Below are positions 53,231-64,000 of a stretch of DNA of 64,000 nucleotides, one piece after another. Below the pieces are notes generated by a model, which worked only from the letters and a program-made list of their open reading frames with translations, did not search any database and was not told where the DNA came from. The stretch is from NCBI GenBank assembly GCA_964016885.1, contig OZ024754.1:41974001-42038000 (forward strand), in the 5' to 3' direction. Both the position numbers and the translations under genes were made by a program. The stretch comes from Eledone cirrhosa. Its lineage: Eukaryota. The first letter of the stretch is position 1. Every line of letters begins with the position of its first letter.

Positions 53231-56200
53231 CTCAGCTGGATAGTTGCAACAGGTAGAATAGTGTGTGTATATATATATAAAATATAATATCCTGATTGAT
53301 CTGTATAATTTAAAAAAAACGCTTCAAATTAAATGGTTTCATAATGAATAAAGAAAACGATTGACTTAAATGAATGTCAAATGAAATAATTGATCAAAGA
53401 TGCCAGTCTACTTAAAACGAAAGAACGCCGATTTATATATATATATATATATATAACGTACTGTGTGCACGTGTATATTTATACACTACAATAATAAAAC
53501 CCTTTTTATAATGTAAATAAATATAATTGTTTCTACTTTTTGGCACAAGGCCAGCCAAAAACCCAGTACATTACTGGTACTTTATTTTATCGACCGCGTA
53601 AATAAATATAATGGCCGTTTAGAGTGTTATAAGGAATAGTCACTGGAGTTATTTCCCTTGCAGCTGCAACGCAGAAGAAACGTAACATCCGGAACCCACC
53701 GTCCAGGCCACCACTTTTTCAAGATACCAGTAATCAAGCGCCTCACTATGGCTATCCAGCTGAAGGTAAAGTTAATATAATAATAATATTAGTAATAAGA
53801 CACGTCATGTAAATGTTAATGTTAATGAAATCTTATTTTATGTCCGTTAAAAAAAAAAAAAAATTAATGAGGAGTTACTTCCCTTAGTTGCGTAAATTTA
53901 ATTATGTTCGCGCAACAAATGTCTTTTTCTTTTTAATTTTTCTATCTGTCTTGCTGTCATGGTTGTAGGTTACCCACCTAGTTCAGGACCCACTCCTTAT
54001 GGACAGCCACCTCCTCCAATTAATTTCCCTGGAGGCCAACTACTCAAGGATCCCATGGCTTCTATGGCAATGCAGTATGGATCTTCTCTTGCTGACCAAG
54101 GAAAGGAATATATGCATAAAAATGTATGGAATTTACTACCATTACTATTACCATTGTAACTACCAGCACTACTACCATTATTATCACTGAAATCACCACC
54201 ATCTCCAGCACCAGTCAGTCACACTATCACCTCCACCACCACCACCAGTCAGTCACACTATCATCACCACCGCCATAAGCCATTCATGCTATCACCACCA
54301 CAAGCCATTCATGCTACCACTATCATTATTCACTATATCACCACCTCCATCACCCAATGTATTATTTTATTTATATATTAATTTCAAATTTATTTGAAAA
54401 TTATCGGCTGTTGATTTTATTATAAATATAGGAACAAAATGGTTAAACTTCATATTCTTCTGTGAAAATTACTAATTTGGTGACTGGCCTGAATAAAACC
54501 ACCAAAAACTGAAATATGGTTAGGTTGAATAAAATTATATTATTAATAAAATGTAGTTTGCTTGAAACAGTGTATATGATATATAACGTTGGAAGATATA
54601 GAAGGCTAAATAATGCAAAATGGACTGTAAGATGAGGTAACAAAAAGTAAGTTACCTGGTAATCTTTGTTCTTCTATCTGTCCAATATTTCGGGACCTAA
54701 AAGTCCCTTCATCAGGGTTTAAGGAACTTTCAGTGGATTAATGTTCCAATTTCCTCTCTTTGGGATTAAATTTTGATTTTAATTTAAATTTTTTGTAAGT
54801 CATTTTCAATATTGAAATAACTTCTTTTGTAGATAGAAAAATATGTCTCCACATCCAAGCTGAAATATTATTTCGCAGTTGACAGCAGCTATGTTGGCAA
54901 GAAACTCACTCTTCTACTATTTCCTTACACACATTCTGTAAGTTGATACTAATAACAGATAAAGTACTAATCGATATGTTGTTACATTTGGTGGTGGATT
55001 ATCAGAATTGGTAGAGCATCGTATAAAATATTGTTGTTGTATTTGCTCTGGCTTTTTATAGTCTCAACTCTGATCTGACCAACTTTAAGTTTTACTTTCA
55101 TTCTTTTGAGGTTGATAAAATAAAGTACCAGTTGTAGTACTGGGGGTTGATATAATAAAGTACCATTTGTAGTAATGGGGTTCCTGATATAATAAAGTAC
55201 CAGTCAAATGCTGGGGATGATATAATTAACTTCCCCCACAAATTGCTGGTCTTGTGCCTAAAATAGAAACAATTATTATTATACTTCATTTTATCGACCC
55301 CGTAAGGATGAAAGGCAAGGGATTCAAAATCAGATATCCCGTCGAGGTTAGCTTTGCCTTTCATCCTTACTGAGTCGATAAAATAAAGTACTGGGGTTGA
55401 TTTTAATCAATTTTGCCCTTCCCAAACTCTGAGTGCAGAGGACCAGAACAAATACTGGTAAACATTCTGTCATTCTAACAACTCTGCCAATTTGCTGTCT
55501 GACCATTTCTTTAGAATTCAGCAATTTTTCAGTGGACTGCTTGTAACTGTTTTCATCAAACACTTCACTCTCAACCAATTCCTTTTTTCTTACCTTGATT
55601 ATTCTATCTTTAATTACCAGGATTGGTCAATTCATTTTAGTCCAGGGGAACTTGTGGCACCAAAAGATGAGCTTAATGCTCCAGATCTTTACATACCTGG
55701 TAAGTAATCTGTTAACTATCTTTATACCAAACCACCTGAAACTGCTTCAGATTCTATGATACACTTTTCATTATAATTTCATGTTTACTTACATTTCAAA
55801 CACCAGTTTAATAATGAAGTTATATTATTAATCCCTCCAAATTCTTGATTATTTCTAAAATGATTTAAAAATCATAGATAATATCGTTTATTAGAAGTAT
55901 GGTAATGAAAGGGTTAAATAAGCATTTAAAAAAATGTTTTATCTTAACTACAAAAAGCTTGCTTTAAAATGAGTTTTACAAAATAGTTATAAAACATTTT
56001 TCTGCAGTAGGTATCAAACCCTCTGATCAAGTGTCAGTCAATGATTTATACAGAAGTACAGGATCATCACCCTTCTTCTTGTGAGTGGTATTAAACCTCC
56101 GATCATGTCGATTTATACAAAAGGACAGGAACCTCACACTCTTCCACTTAATGGCTCAGAAGATGGAAATTATATCAACATTTAAAATAGACAATGTTTC

Positions 56201-59200
56201 CTTTCTTTTCACCTGTATTCTATAATGTGACTGATTATTTTCTCTTTGTTCTAGTGATGGCTCTTGTTACATACATTCTCACTGCTGGTATAGTGATGGG
56301 TATTCAAAACAGGTTTGTACAATTATACTTTAAACAACACCCTCCTTCTTTTTCACTCACAACAACAAAAACGTTTTCTGGCTATTTTCCTTGCTAAAGC
56401 AAGGGTTCGCTTTGCAGGTATCATAACATGGGGTCCTTTTTGACATAAGGTTTTACAGCTAGACACCTTTTGGAGGCAAGAACCCTTTTAATGACCACTT
56501 ATAACATGCAAGGATGGTGGTTACTATAAAGGCAGAAATTATAATCTGGCAATAGTTATGTCCCTTCACCAACTTTAACTTTGCTTTCATCTTCACAAGT
56601 TAGATTAACTAGATACCAGTACAAAGTTTCATAGACTTAACATGTATGTATGGCCATTGAGCACACATACATGTTAAATGTATGAAACTCTGTTTATACT
56701 AAATAAGCTCTCTTGGAACAGATTGAGTACTATTCTCCTCCTTGATCTTTCATCTACAGATTTCCACACACACACACACACACACACATATATGGAGAAT
56801 AGGATTGGCTGTGTAGTTGCTAGGCTTAAAATGGAATGAGAATAAGAAGAAAGCAAGAAAGGGGGGGTAGTTTTCCCCATCAGTTGTCTACTGGGGGTCT
56901 CGGATAAATGTGAAGACTAAAATCCAAAGAGGGCTTGATAAGGATAAATATATATCAAATATATAAGAACCCTAGTTTCAGAAGATCCCCTTAAGGGTGA
57001 AAACAGCAATTCTTTGCTTAAACTTTAATCTGTTATTTTAATATATATATATACACACGTTTTAATTTGCAGATTTTCTCCAGAGCAACTTGGAATCCAG
57101 GCAAGCTCAGCTATGGTGTGGCTTATACTAGAATTGTTTATTGTTATGCTCAGTCTGTATATTCTCAACTTGAACACTGGCCTCAAATATCTCGACACTC
57201 TTGCCTATTCAGGATATAAATATGTAGGGTGAGTATTTTACTGTTTATTATCAGAAAAGTTTGATATTCTACTACAAATAATTCCATTTGTTTAGAGGGT
57301 GTGGAGAGGGGGAATTTCGTCAAGTTGTAAAAAAATCAATCACATATTTATTGAACAAATTTCAGTTGGATTAGGTTTTCAAAAAAATAAATAGAATATA
57401 GAGAAAAAGTTTAAATAGTGAACGTATGGAGGGGTTGGTGGCAGACACTACCCTGCCTCTGTCTGGGTGGTGACAGGATGTGGCAGACACTACCTCTGTC
57501 TGGGTGGTGACAGGATGTGACAGACACTACCCCTGCCTCTGTTTGGGTGGTGACAGGATGTGACAGACACTGCCCCTGCCTCTGTCTGGGTGGTGACAGG
57601 ATGTGACAGACACTACCCCTGCCTGGGTGGTGACAGACACTACCCCTGCCTCTGATCCTGGAATGTGACGTGTCCAACCCATACCAGAATAGAAAACAGT
57701 GGTGATGTTGTTGATGATGATGATATCTACCCCCTGTTTTAGTACATTACATTTCAGCCTGTTGCAGTGCGGTGGATTGGCAGTATCAGTAGAGCATCAG
57801 ACAGTGCTTTGCGGCGTGGAGTTATGGCCCTTTGCGTTCTGAGTTCAAATCCCGCCAAAGTTAACTTTGTCTTTCGTCCTTTTTTACGGGGTCGATAAAA
57901 TAAAGTACCAGTAATGCACTGGGGTCAGTTTCTGGCCTTGTGCCAAAAGTAGAAACAATTATATTTCAGTTTGTCCTATTAGTGAATACAACAACAACAG
58001 CTATATGTATTGGAATTTCAGTTTGGCACTGCTCTTTGACATTCTCAACATCCTCCCTCTTGTATAAATGTCAGACTGTTCCATATTGTGTAGATCTGTA
58101 GGGGTGATGGCAGCAGATAGACTGGAAAGTTATTTAACCAACAGACACCGTTTGGTGAAATTGGGGACACCAGTTGCCAGTGAAGTGTACACATAGTATA
58201 TATAGTACAGATATTGTTATACTTTGGGAGGGTCACGTTGCCAATAGAAACACATGCACCTGTTGGTTTTCACTTCAATTTATTATAAATTTCCGGTTGG
58301 TTGGATGGTTCGATAACCAGATGGTTGTTTATATATTGTCAAAGCTCTTTTGTCACACATTCTGTGACCTCCCCAGTGACTGATTTCTTATTTTGTATCT
58401 CTCCTTTGTTCTGTCCTACACCATCTTGTTTTGGTGTGTTGTGTGCTGGGGTAACTAATATCTTATGTGTAAAGTTTGGTAAGCAGGAACTATGCAGAAG
58501 CCCATCATATATGTGTGACTGTGTTTATATTTACTGTTTGTTTATGTCCTGTAATTTAATTTTATTTTCCAGAATGATAATTATTTTATTGGCTGGATTA
58601 TTGTTCAAGAAAACTGGTTATTGTTTTTCACTGTTGTGGTTTACCTGTTCTACAGCTTATTTTCTGGTAAGTGGAGATATATATATATCATCATCATCAT
58701 CATTTCATTTTACGTCCGCTTTTCCCTGCTTGCAAGGGTGGGATGGGAACTGATTTCTACAGCTGGATGCCCTTCCTAACACCAACCTCATTTACAGTGA
58801 GTGCTGGGTGCTTTTTTGCCGTGGCACCTCAAACGGAATGAAAGGGACCCCAGTCCCTATCATCTCATTTCTACAGCTGAGTAAACTGGAGCAATGTGAA
58901 ATAAAGTGTCTTGCTCAAGGAAACAACACATCACCATATCTATATATCTATCTATCTATTTTTTTAAATTGCATTTGTGATATTATTTTACACGTTTTTA
59001 TTGTATGTAAACTTCCCCCTTTATATTTGTCCCCTTCTTTTGTGCCCCTGTGGCTAATAAAGAAACATATCTATCTATCTATCTATCTATTTATGTGTCA
59101 GGTTGCTCTTCAGCGCTACTGGTAACATGTAATCCAGTACAACCTGTACATGGTCGGCTTGTTGGTGACTGAACTGGCAACCCCACCAAGCTTGCTCTAG

Positions 59201-60004
59201 TAAAAGGTCACTCTGATATAAAACCTGCGACTTTGTTTCCATCCAATGATGTAGACCAGTTCTACTTTTTGGACAAATTCATTCGATGTTCAGAGAGTGG
59301 CATTGGTCCCATGCAAAGACTTTCCTCAAGCACAGGCATCGCTTGATACGTGACATTTATTGCGATGCATGGTATTGCTGGCCATAGGCAAGTCCATAGC
59401 TGGACTAAAAAGCCACGTCCATCATGCTTATGCTTAAGTTTCAAGTGATGGCACTACTTGAAATTGAGTTGCAGCCATCATGTGTATATATACATGTGCG
59501 TGTGTATATAATTGTCATTATTTAACATCTGTTAAAGGCGGTGGATTGGCAGTATCGGTAGAGGGCCGGACGCCATGCTTTGACGCATAGAGTTACGGTC
59601 CTTGCCATTCTGAGTTCAAATCCCGCCGAGGTTTACTTTGCCTTTCATCCTTACGGGGTCGATAAAATAAAGTACCAGTAATGCACTGGGTAATTGCTGG
59701 CCTTGTGCCAAAAGTAGAAACAATTATTTAACATCTGTTTCCCCTGCTAACAGTGATTGTATTGTGTGACAGTGGCTGTAGGTGGGTCATTGTCGTTGCT
59801 CTGTTAACCCTTTCATTACCACATTTCTAATGATTAACTTCCTGTTTGCAGGTGAAAACATTAAGGATCCAGATTCTCCCCCATGCGGACTCTGATGGAT
59901 TCACTCGAGGAAGCAAACGGAGTCTTTATTTCATCCTCTCCATATCCCTATTGCAGCCTATTTTGATGGGATGGCTCACATACCACATTATATTCCCCCA
60001 CTGA
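43480..60004 (+). CDS. YIF1: Protein YIF1 (YIF1A/B-like, Yip1-interacting factor; ER-Golgi trafficking), 9 exons, 309 aa
   Basis: Exons: 43480-43507 (MDVPPGFRQ, donor gtaagt; least certain), 53664-53765, 53969-54123, 54833-54937, 55621-55699, 56255-56312, 57073-57228, 58573-58666, 59852-60004 (TGA). Total 930 nt, phases consistent. Family motifs: [80 protein letters not shown]. Confidence 0.95.
44077..44356. mobile_element. Tigger/pogo-like MITE
   Basis: Imperfect TIRs CAGTGTGCCCTCGGCATTCGCG..CGCGAATACCCTGGGACGGACAACTG, internal TTCGCG repeats, TA on the right. Confidence 0.6.
46081..46192. mobile_element. Short Tc1/mariner-pogo type MITE
   Basis: TIRs CAGGTAAAATTCCGTTATAACGAA / TTCGTTATAACGGAATTTCACTG, within a TA/TG microsatellite. 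Confidence 0.7.
49321..49512 (+). mobile_element. Solo family A element in (TA)n
   Basis: Single arm matching about 1440-1630; motif at 49351-49400 with core CAGAACA. Confidence 0.75.
49589..49624 (-). ncRNA. Minimal hammerhead motif, family H
   Basis: Reverse: TTTT-CTGATGA-aGGAC-tagt-GTTC-GAAACGTT^-AAGG; palindromic stem III (AACGTT). Confidence 0.65.
51700..52268. repeat. ~40-bp minisatellite, about 14 copies
   Basis: Unit cacagaatctcccacctatactgtccgagcttctgtcatatgt with length variants. Confidence 0.9.
54682..54717 (-). ncRNA. Minimal hammerhead motif, family I
   Basis: Reverse: CC-CTGATGA-aGGGAC-ttttag-GTCCC-GAAATATT^-GG; palindromic AATATT; stem I is only 2 bp. Confidence 0.55.
56913..57045. 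mobile_element. Rearranged family A element (inverted tail joined to a forward hammerhead-like arm)
   Basis: 56913-56975 is the reverse complement of the family A tail; motif at 56974-57024 (+). Confidence 0.7.
57436..57652. repeat. ~45-bp imperfect tandem repeat, about 5 copies
   Basis: gggtggtgacaggatgtgacagacactacccctgcctct repeated. Confidence 0.85.
59538..59729 (+). mobile_element. tRNA-derived SINE (Meta-domain-like), full-length representative of the most abundant family
   Basis: A box TGGCAGTATCGG, B box GAGTTCAAATCC, core gcctttcatcct..gtcgataaaataaagtaccag, tail gtagaaacaattatt. Other copies at about 5133-5324(-), 7409-7523(-), 12507-12698(+), 36332-36517(-), 40885-41080(+), 41674-41848(-) and 57769-57962(+), plus many fragments. 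Confidence 0.85.
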
Positions 60005-60373
60005 AGTTGGACGTATCGAAGCGGTTTACGGACATATTGGGTGGTGGGAACACGCACGCATGCACACGCGCACGCGCACACACACACACACACACACACG
60101 TAAAGATTTACAGATAAAAGCATACATAAAGATATGTATCGCACACTGCACCAGCGTAGCCACAGTCTAATGACTGGAACCAGTATATGTTTGTGTGTAT
60201 ATATATATACATACATACACACACACACACACACTTTCCTGAGGATTTCTACAGGACTAGAACTGTTTCATTTGTAAGAAGTCATTTCTACAATAAAATA
60301 AATATATCTATACTCTACTAATGTATTGAGTACCTTTCTTTGACAGTAGTCACCTCCTAATTTACATTGGGAT

Positions 60374-60411
<38 letters not shown>

Positions 60412-61596
60412 CACCATTAACGTCTGTTTAAATGAGATATATTCTTTCACTGGTTTGAAGTCAATAGATTGTGGCTATATATACACACATATATAACTCT
60501 TGTATACTCCCTGGGTAGTATTCAAGTACCAGCTAAAGAAAACACATCTTTTTAATCCTTAAAATCCATTCACTTAAGATATTTCTCAAAACATGTTACT
60601 TAAACAACAACAACAATAAAAAAAACAGTTCACATTTCATTCTACAACTTAAAATACTTTTTTTTTCTGTTTTCTTTATTTTCTTGTTGGTCCTCTTTCA
60701 ATTGTTATTAAATAACAATTTGCATTTTCATTAAATTTAAATCCCTTCCCTTTATTTTTTTCATTTTCTCTTGTAATGGACAATATATTTTTTTAAAAAC
60801 CCAGCTTTGAGTAAAACTAAAGTTTTCTATTTTATTCAGATGAAAACAAAACCGGTTAAAATGTTTAGGGAATTATTGGCTTGTTAATGATTTGACCCCT
60901 ACTGATTTTTTTTATGACCTTCACTCACAACAATTGCAGTCTTTATATAAAAACACACACTGTAAATGTGGTTGATATTAGGAAGGGCATCCAGCAGTAG
61001 AAACCGAACCAGTTCTGTATGAGTAAGACATGCTCACCTTCCCTCAAGTAGGACAACTCGTCTAACCCATGCTAAACAATGATTATATATATATATACAC
61101 ATATATTAAATTAACAATGAAAATAATAATAACAACAAAGTCAAGTTATTTTACCTATCCATATCATTTCGGAGGGTTGATCATATTGACATATTGTCTG
61201 ATCTATAGCAGTTATATAACTATACCATCAGACCGTCTTCTTCGGAATATATATATGCACACACACACAAACTTAATGGGATTACCAAAGGATTATACTG
61301 TGTGATGTCTCATCACCTTGCACAAAGTGAACCACTGATGGGGTTTCGGAAAAACCTACATACCTTCTTCCATAATCTAGGCTTTAGGATCACTATAAAG
61401 TCAAACAAAACACCACTGAGGCAAACTTTCTCGACGTTACATTAAATTTAGCAGCTTCCCTCTACCATAAACCAAACAAACCCCTCTTAAATACATTAAC
61501 TCTAACTACCAAAAAAACATATACATATATATATATATGTGTCTGTGTAAAAGGTAAACAAATAACAACACAATCACTACAGCATATGAAAGAGGG

Positions 61597-61632
61597 TCTT
61601 AACGTTTTGGACGCTAGTCCTTCATCAGAAAA
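61597..61632 (-). ncRNA. Degenerate minimal hammerhead motif, family H
   Basis: Reverse: TTTT-CTGATGA-aGGAC-tagc-GTCC-AAAACGTT-AAGA; the G of GAAA is mutated to A. Confidence 0.5.
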
Positions 61633-64000
61633 AAAAAAATAATCATTGGCCGAAAGACTCAAAGATCTAACTAGGTTGTTTATGTTTATAATGCTGTGTC
61701 CTGGATATATTAACTCTTAACATCCTGTACCACATGAAACTACATTAGCAAGACATTCTCTTGAAAAGTACAAAACAACATATTAAAAATTAAAGTCTTT
61801 ACAATGATCCCCTACTAAAGATGCTATAAACATTTGAATTAACAAACCTTTGTTTTAGATGTTTTCTGCTAAATCATTAGAGGATGTTAAGAGTTAAAGT
61901 CCTTTCTCTTTCATACTTCAAATTTTCACATGAATCTGTCCACTTGTAAAGACACTATAAACATCTAAATTAACAAACCCATTTTTAGACATTTTCTGCT
62001 AAATCATTACCAGATACTCTTAACATCCTGCACCACATGAAACCACATTAGCAAGACATTCTCTTGAAAAATAAAGAACACTATAAAATGCATCACAACA
62101 ATCTCTCCACTAGTGAAGATACTATAAACATTTGAATTGCAGGGTGTTAAGATTTAAACCTTTCTCTTGTGACACAGGTAAGGACTGCAAATGTTATATC
62201 ATTCTAGTTGTGAGTGTGGTCTGGGACGATGTCAGTGGTAGATTGAAGAATTTTCAAAATCAACCAACTAATTCCTAACATTTTACCATTTAGAAGAAAT
62301 AAAAATGTTTGACAAGCGTCAAGAACTGTGATGTAAAAATAAAAAAAAAATATTGGAAGATGATTATCAAAATGAGAAATTGGAGAGTTAAAGAATTTAT
62401 GCTGACACTTTGCTTCTACCTGTAACTTACCTGTAATATTGTCCATATGTCTCCAAGATCAACAGTGAATTAGTTCACTCTTGTTGACTGCCTGTGTTGC
62501 TATCGTGTGATAATGTGTTCATTGTTCATCAAAATAGTTAACTAGCTCCTTTATTTTTTTCCTTAATGAGAAGCAATCTAATTTATGATTGTGGCTGGAC
62601 CATGAAAGAAGAGGAGCAGAACTTCTACAGACACAGTAATGCCAATGGGAACATTTTAACCCTTTTTTTTTCATATCAAACTCAGCCAAAACTCTTTCTG
62701 GCTCTATGAAACTAAACCACCCATTTTTAAAGGGTTCTAATTTAATTTGAAATCTTCCAAAATAATTTTATACAGGAACCATATTGTTGAGTAAAATTTA
62801 ATAATTTTAGTAAATCTCTCAAAATTCTTCATTAATTGAAATAAAGTCATGAAAGATTTAAGAACATTCACACACACACACAAATAAAATTATATATAAA
62901 TAAAAAAGCAGTTGATCAGTAAAAACAATGTTTTCTTTGTCCCATTTTATATAAATGAATGTGATGATTGTATTTTTAATTAACCCTTTACCATTTACAT
63001 TCCCCTACCATGAAAATACAATAGTATATATATATAAAGTCTTTACCTCACATAACATGTACATTACTCTATATATATACTATTGTATTTTCATGGTAAA
63101 GGCTTTACCTCAGATAATATCTCACATATGTATATTACTCTATATATACTATTGTATTTTCATGGTAAAGGCTTTATCCCACAATATCGAATCTATGAGA
63201 TTTGATATTATTTATTTTGAGAACAATACCTTAACATCAGTATGAGCGACAGGGCCAAGAGGCCCACTTTATCAAGATTTAGGGAGGTGACATGTCCTCA
63301 TGACCAGGATATCAAGATTTAGAGAGGAGACATTCTTGTGATCAGGAAACCAAGATTTAGGGAGTTGACACATCCTTAGAACCAGAAGTACGTCAATACT
63401 TAAGGTGACACATTCTCATGACTTGAAGACCAAAATAAAATGTCAGTGGAGACAGAATGGGGAAAAACCAACCAAAAGCTGTGCCAGGATAGTAAAAAAA
63501 TTACTGCTCTGATTTAGACACAGGGCCAACAATTTTAGGAGTGGAAAATCAATTAAATCAATCCCAGTGCATTACTGGTACTTTATTTTATCCATCCTTA
63601 CAGGATGAAAGGCAAAGCTAACCTTGATAACTGTGCTGTAAAGTGTGCTGTCTGACACTCTGCCAATTATTTCCAATCCACTTCCCTTAGGATAGTAAAC
63701 AAAAATAATACAATATATATTTTTAAAATAACAAACTTCAAGTTAATATTAACAAGAAGAGTATTGTCCAACTCAGTTCCGTTTAAATGCCAACATTTTT
63801 AGAAAGAATCGCCTAAAGAAATATTTATTTTGAATATTCCGGAATTTATTACTTAAGAGGATTTATTAGAAAATTGGTGGTGGTTATGGTGGTGATGCTG
63901 GTTATGGTGATGATGTCAACAAGATTAATGAATTCAACTTGATAAACAAATAAACAGCTTTTAACAGTAACACTACAAAACTAATTTACATTAGCACTCT

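Noticed and set aside
59538-59630. tRNA gene
   Set aside because: A and B boxes are present, but there is no cloverleaf and it continues into SINE core sequence with many dispersed copies.
60236-60290. Family D hammerhead in the YIF1 3' region
   Set aside because: Both arms are truncated or scrambled, so no complete core exists on either strand.

Overview
AT-rich, microsatellite- and SINE-dense eukaryotic DNA. The repeat families and (TA)n/(CAT)n density suggest a mollusc, probably an octopus (inference). Three spliced genes could be reconstructed by hand from GT-AG sites and reading phase. (1) The 3' end of an unidentified + strand gene with six tandemly duplicated 144-nt phase-0 exons carrying a CxxC motif and a Cys-rich last exon (1054-6639). 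(2) A complete golgin-84/GOLGA5 on the - strand (14 coding exons, 727 aa, 34935->9911). (3) A complete YIF1 on the + strand (9 exons, 309 aa, 43480-60004), head-to-head with GOLGA5. The most striking unexplained signal is about 27 type-I hammerhead ribozyme motifs, some degenerate, in at least nine unrelated sequence families. They mostly lie beside or inside (TA)n tracts, often as inverted pairs forming long hairpins, and one family shows stem covariation. They resemble Penelope-like/retrozyme termini, and several lie on the sense strand of host introns. The rest is tRNA-derived SINEs, LINE fragments, TA-flanked MITEs and minisatellites. All structures were folded by eye; nothing was computed or searched.
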